64,000 nucleotides of DNA. Origin: Candidatus Latescibacterota bacterium (GTDB lineage: Bacteria > Krumholzibacteriota > Krumholzibacteriia > WVZY01). Each line of letters opens with the position of its first letter. Position 1 is the stretch's first letter. A program made the translations under genes and the position numbers. Positions 29,858-41,176 of this stretch are shown piece after piece. The DNA lies in assembly GCA_963791045.1 (NCBI GenBank), contig CAWBQK010000015.1, forward strand, positions 64,001 to 128,000, written 5' to 3'. The notes beneath the pieces were generated by a model. It was not told the origin of the DNA, searched no databases, and saw only the letters and a program-made list of their open reading frames with translations.

Positions 29858-30949
29858 CTAACCCATTTTGACGTCCATGGCGTCGCGCAGGCCGTCCCCG
29901 AAGAGGTTGCACGCCATCACGGCGAGAACGATCGCGAGGCCCGGGAAAAACGACACCCACCACGCCGACAGAAGAACGTCGCGGCCTTCGAAAACCATAA
30001 TACCCCAGCTCGGCGTCGGCGGCTGGACGCCCAGGCCGAGAAACGACAAGTATGATTCCAACAATATAATAAGAGCGATTCTCAAAGTTGCCGATACGAT
30101 CACCGGCCCGAGCGTATTCGGAATGATATGGCGCCACACAATCGGGAGACGTCCGACCCCGGTGGCGACGGCCGCCTGGACGAATTCCCGTTCCTTTAGC
30201 GACAGCACCTCTGCGCGGACCAGCCTGGCCACACCCATCCAACCGGTGGCGGCCAGCACCACCACCACGATCCAGAACGAGTTCGCGAAGAAAGCCACAA
30301 GTGTCAGCAATAGCAGCAGCCTCGGAAACGAAAGCAACCCATCCACCACGCGCATCAAAAGGTCGTCGAGCCAGCCTCCCGCGTAACCGGCGAACGCGCC
30401 GACGAGCATTCCGAAGCACGAGGCAAGGAGAACGGAAAGAACGCCGACGGCAAGCGAGACCCGCGCGCCAAAAACGACACGGCTGAAAACATCCCTCCCG
30501 AACTTGTCCGTCCCGAAGAGGTGCGATGACGATGGCGATTTGTACTGCTCGATGGCCGGCTGGTTTTGAGCGGCGGGATCAAATGGAGCAACGAGCGGCG
30601 CAAGCAGGGACACCAGCACGAAGGACAAGAAAACGACGAACCCAACCACAGCCGTTTTGTTTGCCCGAAACCGCCGAGTTCTGTCCGCAAAAATTTTGCC
30701 CGACGACCTCCCCCCAAGATAACCCGGCATCACGGCCCCCGCATAAACGGCGAGCAGGCCCGCCGCGACTCCGGCGCCGCCGAGAAAGTCAACGGTTACC
30801 GGCGAAGTAAAGAGTCGCGCGAGCGTCCCCGCCCGCGCGATCACCACGGCAAGATATGCGTAAAAGAACACCGAAAACAACACGGCGACAAAACGATTCC
30901 CGCCGGTCGCGGCGCCTGGAACAAATTTTGGGCGCGAACTTGATTTCAT
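29858..30949 (-). CDS. Oligopeptide ABC permease (OppC) with extra N-terminal TM segments
   Basis: HLFGTDKFGRD, EREFVQAA and LSFLGLG-x-QPPTPSWG motifs; start uncertain. Confidence 0.9.
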   Translation of the reverse strand: MKSSSRPKFVPGAATGGNRFVAVLFSVFFYAYLAVVIARAGTLARLFTSPVTVDFLGGAGVAAGLLAVYAGAVMPGYLGGRSSGKIFADRTRRFRANKTAVVGFVVFLSFVLVSLLAPLVAPFDPAAQNQPAIEQYKSPSSSHLFGTDKFGRDVFSRVVFGARVSLAVGVLSVLLASCFGMLVGAFAGYAGGWLDDLLMRVVDGLLSFPRLLLLLTLVAFFANSFWIVVVVLAATGWMGVARLVRAEVLSLKEREFVQAAVATGVGRLPIVWRHIIPNTLGPVIVSATLRIALIILLESYLSFLGLGVQPPTPSWGIMVFEGRDVLLSAWWVSFFPGLAIVLAVMACNLFGDGLRDAMDVKMG

Positions 30950-30974
30950 ACCTTTATCCAGACATTTGTCCGCT

Positions 30975-31959
30975 TCATGCGGTGTCACCTTTCGGATCGA
31001 GTTTGACCCGCGGGTCCGCCCAGGCATAAGAGAGATCGGCAAACAGATTTCCCAGAATCACCATGAACGCCGCAACAAAATTCACGGCGAGTACCACCGG
31101 GTAATCACGGGCATAGATCGAATCGACAATCAACGCACCCATCCCCGGCCACGCGAAAATTTTTTCAATGACGACGGCGCCGCCAAGCAAAAAAGGAATA
31201 CTCAAGCCCACCACGGTGAGGATCTGGGGCAGCGCGTTCTTGAATGCGTGTCGCCACACGATCCGGCCGTCGGAAAGCCCCTTCGCCCTCGCCGTCCGGA
31301 TATACTCCTGGTTTATCACATCGAGGAGACTCCCCCGCGTGTACCGGGCGAGTGCGGCGGCGCTCCCGAGCGCGAGCACGGTTACCGGCAAAACCAAGTG
31401 CGCGATCCTGTCTGCGGCGGCATCCATAAACCCGCCGTCGATCGGGGGAATCGAGAACATATTGGCGGTTGGAAGCCACTCGAGTTTCAACGAGAAAATC
31501 GCGATAAGAACGAACGCGAAGTAGAACGATGGGATCGAATAAAAGAGCAGGAATATCAGCGATAATGTCCGGTCGAGCGACGTGTAGCGTTTGACGACCG
31601 AGATCATCCCGAGGATCAACCCCAGCGTGATTTGCAGCAAGAGCGCGGCGACGGTAAGCAGCAGCGTCCTTGGGATCGCTTCCGACAGCACTTCCGCCAC
31701 GGGGCGGTTCGACGCGATGCTCACTCCGAAATCACCACGCAGATAACTCACGATCGTTTTCGCGTACTGAACATGGACGGGCTGCTCGAGGCCGAGGTTC
31801 TCTCGCACGGCGTCCATCATCCGCGGATCTATGTCGGGACTGTAATAACGGGAGAGCGGATCACCCGGAGCGAGGCGAATGACAAAAAACGTCACGGTAA
31901 GCGTGATAAAAAAGAAGAATTCCAGCGTGGATCAATCGGCGAGAGAAAAACCGGATCAT
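30975..31959 (-). CDS. Oligopeptide ABC permease (OppB); one +1 indel near 31920
   Basis: MIRFFSRRLIHA... start, APGDP, TARAKG and FAWPGMG motifs. Confidence 0.9.
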
Positions 31960-32056
31960 TCGAGCCCCACGTCTTTTTGGCGCCCCCGTGCTGCCGCGGC
32001 GGGTGTCGTTCTTCTTCTATAGAGGGGCGGAGAAGAGCCCGGCGTTCAGCCCGGCC

Positions 32057-33508
32057 TCATCCCTGTGGTTCCTCCATCGGTGCAGCAAGCACCGGATTTC
32101 GATTAGCCGTCGTTTCATCCAGACGCCGCACGGGTGTGGAGTGAGGCGCCGTCTTGAGCAACTCGGGATTCTCTTCGGCCTCGCGCGCAATGGTTTTCAT
32201 AACCTCGATGAAGCGGTCCAGCGTTTCTTTGCTTTCCGTTTCCGTCGGCTCGATCATGAGAGCCTCAGGAACGATCAACGGGAAGTATACGGTCGGCGCA
32301 TGGAATCCGAAATCAAGCAGCCGCTTCGCAATGTCGAGAGTTCTGACGCCGTACTTCTTGAAACGCTCCCCCGAGGCGACGAATTCGTGCATACATCGCT
32401 TGCCGTGAGGAATCGGGTATACGTCACCCAGTTCGTGCGCCAGATAGTTCGCATTGAGATTCGCCGCCCCGCTGACGCGCTTCAGACCCTCCGCTCCATG
32501 TCGGGCTATATAAGTAAGAGCCCTCAGGTATATTCCAAAATTGCCGTAGAAAGAATGGATCGCGCCGACACTGGACGGGTTGTCGTAGTCGAACACCAGG
32601 CGGCCGTCTTTTTCCGCCACCCGGGGGCCTGGAAGATACGGCGCGAGTGTTTTCGACACACCGACGGGACCGGAGCCGGGGCCGCCGCCACCGTGGGGCG
32701 TCGAAAACGTTTTGTGCAGATTCATGTGCATGATGTCGAAACCCATATCTCCCGGCCGCGCGCGTCCGAGCAGCGCGTTGAGATTCGCACCGTCGAGATA
32801 ACACAACGCCCCCTTTGCGTGGGCGCGTTCGATGATCTCGCCGATTTTGCTCTCAAAAATTCCGAGCGTGTTGGGAACGGTCAACATCAGCACCGCGGTT
32901 TCTTCATCGAGCGCGGCGTCGAGCACATCCATGTCGACTTCGCCGTTCTCGCCGGATGGGATCGGATGATTTTCAAAACCGACCAGATGAGCGCTCGCGG
33001 GGTTTGTCCCATGAGCCGAATCGGGCACGAGGACCTTGTGTCGTTTTTCGTTTTTGTCTTCGAAATATTTCTTGGCAACGAGCATTCCCAGGAGTTCGCC
33101 ATGGGCGCCTGCGGCCGAGCCCAGCGAAAACGCGTCCATGCCGCTGATGCCGCAAAGTTTTTTCTCGAGTGTATAAATCACTTCCAGAGCGCCCTGGGTG
33201 TCCGAACCCGACTGCTCCGGATGCAAGCCGGCAAACCCGGGCATCGCCGCAACGTCTTCGTTTACTTTGGGGTTGTACTTCATCGTACAGCTACCCAGTG
33301 GATATAAATCCTTATCGACATGGTGATTGAGCGTGGAAAGCGCGACGAAGTGTCTTACCACCTCGGGCTCGCTGACTTCGGGCAGCCCGGGCCGGTTTTC
33401 CCTCAGGTACTGCTGGGGGATGTCGGTCGGTAACGGCGCGGGTTTCCCCGAACCGAACGCGTACCCACATCTACCCTCGCGGCTTTTCTCAAAAATCGTT
33501 TTTTGCAT
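32057..33508 (-). CDS. gcvPB: Glycine dehydrogenase subunit 2
   Basis: YPLGSCTMKYNP, PDSAHGTNPAS, NLHKTFSTPHGGGGPG (PLP Lys) and IEPTETE motifs. Confidence 0.96.
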   Translation of the reverse strand: MQKTIFEKSREGRCGYAFGSGKPAPLPTDIPQQYLRENRPGLPEVSEPEVVRHFVALSTLNHHVDKDLYPLGSCTMKYNPKVNEDVAAMPGFAGLHPEQSGSDTQGALEVIYTLEKKLCGISGMDAFSLGSAAGAHGELLGMLVAKKYFEDKNEKRHKVLVPDSAHGTNPASAHLVGFENHPIPSGENGEVDMDVLDAALDEETAVLMLTVPNTLGIFESKIGEIIERAHAKGALCYLDGANLNALLGRARPGDMGFDIMHMNLHKTFSTPHGGGGPGSGPVGVSKTLAPYLPGPRVAEKDGRLVFDYDNPSSVGAIHSFYGNFGIYLRALTYIARHGAEGLKRVSGAANLNANYLAHELGDVYPIPHGKRCMHEFVASGERFKKYGVRTLDIAKRLLDFGFHAPTVYFPLIVPEALMIEPTETESKETLDRFIEVMKTIAREAEENPELLKTAPHSTPVRRLDETTANRNPVLAAPMEEPQG

Positions 33509-33519
33509 CCTCGATCCTT

Positions 33520-34863
33520 TCAAACCCCTTTGAGAATATCACGGAACAGCCCAAGATCGTCGTCGGTCCTTTTTTCAGTGACCGCGACGAGAAGATCGTT
33601 CCGATATTCGTCTCCAAAATATTTTCCGAGCGGAATCCCCGCGAGGACACCCTTTTCCCCAGCCTTACTCACAATCTCTTCCGCGGGAACGGGACAGCGC
33701 ACGACGAACTCCCTGAAGAACGGGCCATCGTATTTGAGTCCGAACCCGTCGATTTCCGAAATCATCCGGGCCAGGGCGGCCGCTTTGTCGTGGCAAATTT
33801 TACCGAGTTCGTAGAAACCGCATTCACCAAGAAGCGACAGATAAACGGTCGCGCGCAACGCCACGAGTCCCTGGTTGGTACAGATGTTGGACGTCGCTTT
33901 CTCCCTGCGAATATGTTGTTCCCGTGTCTGCAGGGTGAGGACGAACGCGCGTTTGCCGTCGACATCTTTTGTTTCGCTGACGAGTCTTCCCGGCAGGCTT
34001 CTCACATATTCTTTTTTGCACGCCATAAAACCGAGGAGGGGTCCGCCAAAATTCATATTGTTTCCGAGGCTCTGGCCCTCACCCACCGCGATATCGGCGT
34101 CGTACGCCCCCGGAGGCTGAACAAGAGACAGAGAAATCGGATCGATCGCCGCGACGAGGAGCGCGCCGGCGGCCGCAATGGCCTCCCTGTATTCCCAGGG
34201 ACACTCGAGAACGCCGAAATAGTTGGGCGTTTGCAGGAGAACGGCGGCGATCTCATCGTTCAAAGCCGAAACCAGCGCGGCCTGGTCCACCGCCCCACTC
34301 GCCGTGACGGCAACGGGTTCGAGAACAAAGTCGCGCCCGTTCGTATAAGTCCGTAGAACTTCCAGGTAACGTGGATGAACGCTCTCGGCGTACAAAAGCT
34401 TCCGGCGACGCTTGATCTTCGTCGCCATAAGCGCCGCTTCCGTGAAAGCCGTCGCACCGTCGTACATCGACGCGTTCGCTACGGGCAGGCCGGTAATCCG
34501 GGATATCGATGTCTGATATTCAAAGATCGCCTGCAACGTGCCCTGGCTGACCTCCGGCTGATACGGCGTATAGGCGGTATAGAATTCCGAGCGGCCCGTC
34601 ACATGCCCGATCACGGAGGGCACTATATGATCGTAAATTCCACCGCCGAGAAAACTCACCATATCGCCGGCCGGGTTGTTCTTCTTCGCGATACCCGAGA
34701 ATTCGCGAATAGTATCGTACTCCGTTTTTCCAGCGCCAATCGGGAGATCGCCCGCGACCCGGAATTTCTCGGGGATGGCTTCGAAGAGGGCGTCCTCAGA
34801 TGCTATACCGAGGGCCTCGAGCATTTGCCTGCGGTCGTCGCGGGTGTGATACAGGTAAGGCAT
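33520..34863 (-). CDS. gcvPA: Glycine dehydrogenase subunit 1
   Basis: FYTAYTPYQPEVSQG, NASMYDG and TREQHIRREKATSNICTN motifs. Confidence 0.96.
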   Translation of the reverse strand: MPYLYHTRDDRRQMLEALGIASEDALFEAIPEKFRVAGDLPIGAGKTEYDTIREFSGIAKKNNPAGDMVSFLGGGIYDHIVPSVIGHVTGRSEFYTAYTPYQPEVSQGTLQAIFEYQTSISRITGLPVANASMYDGATAFTEAALMATKIKRRRKLLYAESVHPRYLEVLRTYTNGRDFVLEPVAVTASGAVDQAALVSALNDEIAAVLLQTPNYFGVLECPWEYREAIAAAGALLVAAIDPISLSLVQPPGAYDADIAVGEGQSLGNNMNFGGPLLGFMACKKEYVRSLPGRLVSETKDVDGKRAFVLTLQTREQHIRREKATSNICTNQGLVALRATVYLSLLGECGFYELGKICHDKAAALARMISEIDGFGLKYDGPFFREFVVRCPVPAEEIVSKAGEKGVLAGIPLGKYFGDEYRNDLLVAVTEKRTDDDLGLFRDILKGV

Positions 34864-34864
34864 C

Positions 34865-35251
34865 CTATTCCTTTCCAACCATCTTGTCGTATTCGCTCTT
34901 TTCCATCAGACCATCGAGTTCGGCACGGTCGACCAGCTCGATCTTTACGAACCAGCCCTCGCCGTACGGGCTGTGATTGACGAGACCGGGGTCATCATTG
35001 AGAGCGGCGTTGACTTCTTTGATCAGGCCCGTCACGGGCGAGAACAAGTCGGCCACGGTCTTCACCGCTTCGATCGTGCCCATCGGTTCCATCTTCTTGA
35101 CCTCTTGCCCCTCTTCTGGGAATTCGATAAAGACGATATCGCCCAGTTCACCCGACGCGAAGTCGGTAATACCTATGGTCACGACATTCGAATCCGCTTC
35201 GAACTGAACCCACTCGTGTTCTTTGCTAAAACGCACATTCTCGAAACTCAT
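34865..35251 (-). CDS. gcvH: Glycine cleavage system H protein
   Basis: HEWV, GITDFA, EAVK (lipoyl Lys) and PYGEGW motifs. Confidence 0.97.
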   Translation of the reverse strand: MSFENVRFSKEHEWVQFEADSNVVTIGITDFASGELGDIVFIEFPEEGQEVKKMEPMGTIEAVKTVADLFSPVTGLIKEVNAALNDDPGLVNHSPYGEGWFVKIELVDRAELDGLMEKSEYDKMVGKE

Positions 35252-35267
35252 GCTGTGCTCCTTTCCA

Positions 35268-36380
35268 TTACTTTGCGCGACTTTTATAAAACGGAAGCGA
35301 TATCAGTTCCGCGCGGGCTTCCCTGCCCCGGATTACAACCTTGTATTCCGCCCCCTCGGTTTTTGCTTTCCTGTCGATCGAAGCCATACAGAGACTCTTT
35401 TTCAACGTCGGTGAAAAACCACCGCTCGTGACCTTACCGATTTCAACACCGTCCTTCACGACGACGTAACCCTGACGGGCGATGTTTCGCCCTTCGATAT
35501 CGAAACCGACCAGGGTTCGCGGCGGACCGTCCTTCTTCTGCCGCCGTAGCGTGTCGGCGCCGCGAAACGACTCTTTCTTGAGCTTCACGACCCACCCCAA
35601 ACCCGCCTCGAGTGGCGAGGTTTCGTCATCGAGTTCGTGACCGTACAAACAATAGGCGGCCTCGAACCGAAGCGTGTCACGAGCTCCGAGTCCAATCGGC
35701 AGAATGCCGTGCTCCGCCCCCACATCAGATAGCTGCCGCCAAACCAGCGGCGCTAGCTCGGGGGAAACAAAAACCTCGAAGCCAATCTCACCGGTATACC
35801 CGGTCCTGGAAACAAGAACTTCGGAGCCCTCGAAGTCGAAACGAAATCCCTTGTAGTAAGACACCTCGTCGATTTCGCGTCCCACGTCTTTGAAAATTGG
35901 CGCCGCCTTCATAATGTCTCTCGCCAGGGGACCCTGAATGGCGATCAGCGCATACGAGTCACTGACGTTCTCCACCTTGACGTCCTTTTGCTCGAACGAG
36001 AGAACGTGTTTGAAATCCTTGTCGATGTTGGCCGCATTGACCACCAGAATGATCCGATCCTCTTCGAGAACAAAGACGAGAAGATCGTCCACCGTTGATC
36101 CGTCTTCGCGGCACATCACACTGTACTGCAGCGCTCCGGCGGCGAGCTTTGTACAATCGTTGGTAATGATTTCATTGACAAAATTCTTGGCCCCCGGCCC
36201 CGTAACCAGGAACTCACCCATGTGACTGACGTCGAATAACCCGGCGCGTTCCCTGACGGCACGGTGTTCTTCAATAATGCTTCCGTAACTCACCGGCATG
36301 AAGAAACCGGCGAACTCCACCATTTTGGCGCCCAGTGTTTCGTGGATTTCCGCCAACGGCGTTTTTTTTGTTTCGATCAT
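35268..36380 (-). CDS. gcvT: Glycine cleavage system aminomethyltransferase T
   Basis: FDVSHMGE, SRTGYTGE and GLGARDTLRFEA motifs. Confidence 0.97.
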   Translation of the reverse strand: MIETKKTPLAEIHETLGAKMVEFAGFFMPVSYGSIIEEHRAVRERAGLFDVSHMGEFLVTGPGAKNFVNEIITNDCTKLAAGALQYSVMCREDGSTVDDLLVFVLEEDRIILVVNAANIDKDFKHVLSFEQKDVKVENVSDSYALIAIQGPLARDIMKAAPIFKDVGREIDEVSYYKGFRFDFEGSEVLVSRTGYTGEIGFEVFVSPELAPLVWRQLSDVGAEHGILPIGLGARDTLRFEAAYCLYGHELDDETSPLEAGLGWVVKLKKESFRGADTLRRQKKDGPPRTLVGFDIEGRNIARQGYVVVKDGVEIGKVTSGGFSPTLKKSLCMASIDRKAKTEGAEYKVVIRGREARAELISLPFYKSRAK

Positions 36381-36510
36381 CCCATCTCCTTGTTCCGCAA
36401 TCGCAAACCCTTCGACCTGTCACCCCAGACGGAAACCACCGCCCCACAGGTCTCTTGTGGTCGTCCCGGCGGCCGGATCGTCCGCGTCCCCAAATAATAT
36501 ACGGCGACCT

Positions 36511-39360
36511 TCAACCACTCCGATCCCCCGCCGAAGGATCATTGACATCCCTCAACATGGAACCGGTGTAAGAGGTCTCGCACTTCATTACTTCTGAAGG
36601 AGTGCCCGTCGTCACCACCCGGCCACCGTCGTCGCCGCCTTCGGGGCCGAGATCGATGATATAATCAGACGCCAATATTACATCGGGGTTGTGCTCTATA
36701 ACAACCACCGTATTTCCCTTATCCACAATTTTGTTCAAACACATCCAGAAGCATTTGCACGTCGTCGTGATGAAGCCCCGTCGTGGGCTCATCCAGAAGA
36801 AAAAGCGTTTTGCCCGTGCCACGCTTCGAAAGTTCTGCCGAGAGCTTCACCCTCTGGGCTTCGCCGCCGGACAGCGTCGTCGCCGATTGGCCGAGATGGA
36901 TATAACCAAGCCCCACCGATTCGAGGGTCTCGCACTTACGTTTGACCGAAGGAATGTTCTCAAATAGCTCGTGGGCCTGGTTTACCGTCAAATTCAGCAC
37001 ATCGGAAATATTGTGTCCTTTGAACGTCAACTTCGAGCGTTTCCTGGTTATACCTTTCCTTTGCACGCCTCGCATTTCACATAAACATCCGGGAGAAAGT
37101 GCATTTCGACTTTGATAAGCCCGTCCCCCTGGCACTTCTCGCACCTTCCGCCCGCGACATTGAAACTGAACCGCCCCGGCTTTGTACCCGCGAATTCGGC
37201 TCTCGGGCAAGTTGGGCAAAAAGGTCCCGGATCGGGGTGAAGAGCCCAGTGTAGGTCGCCGGGTTCGACCGCGGCGTTCTGCCGATCGGCGACTGATCGA
37301 TATCGATAACTTTGTCGATGTGCTCGACCCCATCGATGCGCATCGTGCCTACCCGGAAAAACGTTCCCCTGGTGGAAGTGACGTTTGAGACCGAGAAACA
37401 AGATGTCGTTCACAAGCGTGCTCTTCCCGGAACCGCTGACGCCGGTCACACAGGTGAACACACCGAGCGGAAATCGACACATCTATCTGTCTTGAGATTG
37501 TTCTCGCGCGCGCCACGAACCACGAGATGGGTCCCATTCCCCTCTTTCGGGTCGCGTTTCTTAAGATCGGTCCCCGTGGTATTCAGGTAGTGCCCCGTCC
37601 GGCTCTCCGGCGTGTTTCTGATATCATCGACCGTGCCTTCGGCGACAATGTAGCCGCCACCAAGACCGGCGCCCGGACCGAGGTCGACGACGTAATCGGC
37701 GGCCAGAGGATCGTGTCCCGGTCATGTTCGATAACGATGACCGTATTCCCAGATCACGAAGTTCTTTGAGGGTACGAATGAGGCGTTCGTTGTCACGGTG
37801 GTGAAGACCAATGCTCGGCTCGTCGAGAATGTAGAGAACCCCCATGAGCCGTCGAGCCGATTTGCGTCGCCAGGCGCAGCCGTTGGGCCTCACCGCCGGC
37901 AAGCGTCGCGGCGCTTCTGTCGAGGGTCAGATAGTCCAGACCCACATCCTGGAGAAACTGAAGGCGATGCGTGATTTCTTTGAGAATCGGCTCTCCGATC
38001 GTTAAGCGCGTTTCCCTCGAGCTCGAGCCTAGAAAAAAACTGAAGAGGAATCCTTGACGCATGAGCGCGCAAATATCGGCGATACTGCGTCTCCCCGACC
38101 GTAACGGCAAGCGCCTCTTTTTATCCGTGCCCCACCACATGCCGGAGCACGCATCGTTACTCATGTACGATTCGATCCATTTCCGAACGCCTCGGAACTC
38201 GTCTGCCGATAACGCCGTCGGAGCCAGGGGACGAGCCCTTCATACGAAGAACGGTACTCGCCCTTCATTCGCTCGAGATCGACGTTGATGGTGATCTCCT
38301 CATCGGTGCCGTGCATGATCGCGTGGGTCGACCTTTCGTCGAGATCCTCGAAAGCGGTGTCGAGGTCGAATCCGTACATCTCGCCCAACGCCATGAGCTG
38401 CGACTTGCCCCATTCACCTTTTAGCTTTCCGAGCGGAGCAAGCGCCCCATCGGCAAGAGCTAGCGACGCGTCGGGAACGAGAAGCTCGAGATTGAAATCC
38501 AGCTTTGCCCCCAGTCCGTTGCACTCGGGGCACGCGCCGTAAGGAGAATTGAACGAAAACATCCTGGGAGAGAGTTCTCCAAAACTTACCTCGCAGTAGG
38601 GACAGGCGAAGTACTGGCTGAACAGCGCGTCTTCCTTACCGGGCACCGACACGAGAACAAGCCCATCCGAAAACCGGCTCGCCGTTTCGATCGAGTCGGA
38701 GATTCTTTTGTGGTTCTTCGCCGTCACCGTCAACCTGTCGACGACGATTTCGATATCGTGTTTTTTCTGTCTGGCGAGAGTGGGGATCGAATCGATGTCA
38801 CAAACGTCTCCATTCACACGCACTCGGACGAACCCCTCCTTCTGGATACGTTCGAAGACCCTCCTGTGCTCGCCCTTCCTCCCCCTCACCACCGGGGACA
38901 GGATCATGATCCGGTTCGACCCCGCCATCGACATTATGCTGTCGCGAATCTGGCCCACCGACCGCTGCGAGATGCGGCGGCCGCACTGGTAACAATGCGG
39001 CTCGCCCGCACGCGCGAACAACAGCCGGAGATAATCGTATATCTCGGTCATCGTCCCGACGGTGGAACGCGGGTTGCGCGAACTCGTTTTTTGTTCGATT
39101 GAAATCGCGGGGGAGAGGCCCTCTATGCGATCGACATCCGGCTTCTCCATCTGACCGAGAAACTGGCGTGCGTAGGCGCTGAGGCTTTCGACGTACCGCC
39201 GCTGCCCTTCGGCATAAATGGTGTCGAAGGCGAGCGACGACTTGCCCGATCCGCTAAGACCGGTGATAACGATCAGTTTGTTCCGCGGCAGCGTGAGACT
39301 GATGTTTTTGAGATTGTGTTCCCTCGCCCCCCGAACGACGAGGTCCCTATCCTTGCGCAT
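36511..39360 (-). CDS. uvrA: Excinuclease ABC subunit A (several indels between about 36.7 and 38.2 kb)
   Basis: [23 protein letters not shown], zinc fingers, second Walker A GVSGSGKS and LSGGEAQR in successive frames. Confidence 0.95.
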
Positions 39361-39414
39361 GTGATGCCGTTCCTCCAGCGATCGATAAAATTATCGAGGG
39401 GCGGACTGCCGATG

Positions 39415-40719
39415 TTATGGATTGAGTCTGTTCAAAAGTCTTGGAAACGGGATCGCCTCTCTGAGGTGTTTCACACCGCAAACGTACGCGACCATCCGCT
39501 CCACTCCGAGACCGAACCCCGAGTGAGGAACCGATCCGAACCGCCGGATGTCGAGATACCACTTGAATGCATCCATGGGAAGTTCGTGCTCCTTGATCCT
39601 CTGCTTGAGCAATTCGAGATCGTGTATACGCTCGCCGCCGCCAATGATTTCACCGTAACCCTCCGGCGCCAGGAGATCGACGGAGAGCGAGTAACGGTCA
39701 TCATCTTTGTCGGGCTGCATGTAAAACGCCTTGATGGCCGTCGGATAATGATGGACGAAAACGGGCTTCCCGAACTCGTTACTGATCACCGTTTCATCGT
39801 CCCCGCCAAAGTCTCCGCCCTTTTTGAACTCGATTCCCTTTTTGTGAAGAATCTCGACGGCGTCGTCATAGTGAAGTCTTTCGAACGGGCGCTTGACGAC
39901 TTCGAGCCTGGAGAGATCGCGTTCGAGATCATTGGCAAGCTCCGTCCCGCATGTTTCGAGACAGCGCGCCACGATGTATTCGACAAATTCTTCTTCGAGA
40001 TCCATGATGTCGTCGAGCGTGGCAAACGCAACCTCGGGCTCGACCATCCAGAACTCCATCAGGTGCCGCCGCGTCTTGTGTTTTTCCGCGCGGAACGTCG
40101 GACCAAAACAATAGACGCGTCCAAACGCGGCCGCCGTCGCCTCGTTGTACAGCTGTCCGCTCTGCGACAAGTAGGCCTTGTCGCCAAAGTAATCCGTCTC
40201 GAACAATGTGCTCGTTCCCTCGCACGCGTTGGGCGTGAGGATCGGCGCGTCGATGTTGTAAAAACCCCGATCGTCCAGAAAATCACGGATCGCCTTTATG
40301 AGATGATGCCGGACTTTCATCACGACGTGCTGCTTGCGGCTCCTCAGCCACAAGTGCCGGTGATCGAGAAGAAACGCGGGGCCGTGATCTTTTGGCGTGA
40401 TCGGATATTCTTCAGCGGCGGAAAGAAGCGTCACTCCCTTGATCATGATTTCGAATCCGCCGGGGGCGCGTTTGTCCTCTCGCGCCTCGCCGACAATCTC
40501 GACACTCGACTCCTGCGTCAGCTCACCGAGTAAATCGAACTCCGCTTCGGTCACGTCGTTCTTGCCCGCCACCGCCTGCACGTACCCGGTCCCGTCCCTG
40601 AAGATGACAAAACGTATTTTCCCGCTCGATCGGGTGTTGTGAACCCATCCGCGGAGCGTCACGGTTTCTCCGACGTGTGATGAGAGGTTTTCAATGTATG
40701 TGTATGTCATGTCGGACAC
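39415..40719 (-). CDS. asnS: Asparagine--tRNA ligase
   Basis: OB fold (RGWV...FRDGTG), [28 protein letters not shown] and [11 protein letters not shown] motifs. Confidence 0.95.
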   Translation of the reverse strand: MSDMTYTYIENLSSHVGETVTLRGWVHNTRSSGKIRFVIFRDGTGYVQAVAGKNDVTEAEFDLLGELTQESSVEIVGEAREDKRAPGGFEIMIKGVTLLSAAEEYPITPKDHGPAFLLDHRHLWLRSRKQHVVMKVRHHLIKAIRDFLDDRGFYNIDAPILTPNACEGTSTLFETDYFGDKAYLSQSGQLYNEATAAAFGRVYCFGPTFRAEKHKTRRHLMEFWMVEPEVAFATLDDIMDLEEEFVEYIVARCLETCGTELANDLERDLSRLEVVKRPFERLHYDDAVEILHKKGIEFKKGGDFGGDDETVISNEFGKPVFVHHYPTAIKAFYMQPDKDDDRYSLSVDLLAPEGYGEIIGGGERIHDLELLKQRIKEHELPMDAFKWYLDIRRFGSVPHSGFGLGVERMVAYVCGVKHLREAIPFPRLLNRLNP

Positions 40720-41073
40720 ACCTGTCCTTTCAATCGTGAGCCATGTTCCGGTTCGGATAACAGATACGGGGCCCGTGGACCGGGGTGGCCGTCCGGTAGA
40801 AAAGAGGCCGCCGCCACGGTTCCGCGGTGATCAATTGTCTATAAGATAAACCGATTACGGAATGAGGCAAGCGCCCGAACCGCATCAAGCCACCGATAAT
40901 AACACAAAAATCACCAAATCGCCAAAAACGGAAATTGCAGTGACCCGTTCAAGCGGGAGCATCGACGGACCCGGCGGAGCCGCCACCATAACTTGTTGTT
41001 GAATTTGGCTTTATGTGATGCGACAAAGTTCGGTCTCAAAACTCCCCCGGAACATTCGGACGGCAACTCCGAC

Positions 41074-41089
41074 AGGCATGATTTTTGCC
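41074..41089 (+). promoter_or_regulatory. Candidate sigma54 -24/-12 site upstream of the TPR-DUF4388 pair
   Basis: AGGCATG-ATTT-TTGCC (GG-N10-GC), about 90 nt before the probable start. Confidence 0.35.
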
Positions 41090-41176
41090 AAGCCCTTAAC
41101 ATCAAAAGAGTTAAACACCGTAAACACAATAATATCGACTCAAACGACCAATTTCGTGACGAAAAGGAGAGCATTC

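Noticed and set aside
36381-36510. Glycine riboswitch upstream of gcvT
   Set aside because: No GGAGA...CCGAAG...CUCUCAGG aptamer core is visible, and the 130 nt spacer is short for a tandem switch.
39361-39414. SOS box upstream of uvrA
   Set aside because: No recognisable LexA palindrome in the 54 nt gap; uvrA may be read through from asnS.
40720-40870. T-box leader upstream of asnS
   Set aside because: No GGUGGNACC T-box bulge or terminator, only small GC hairpins.
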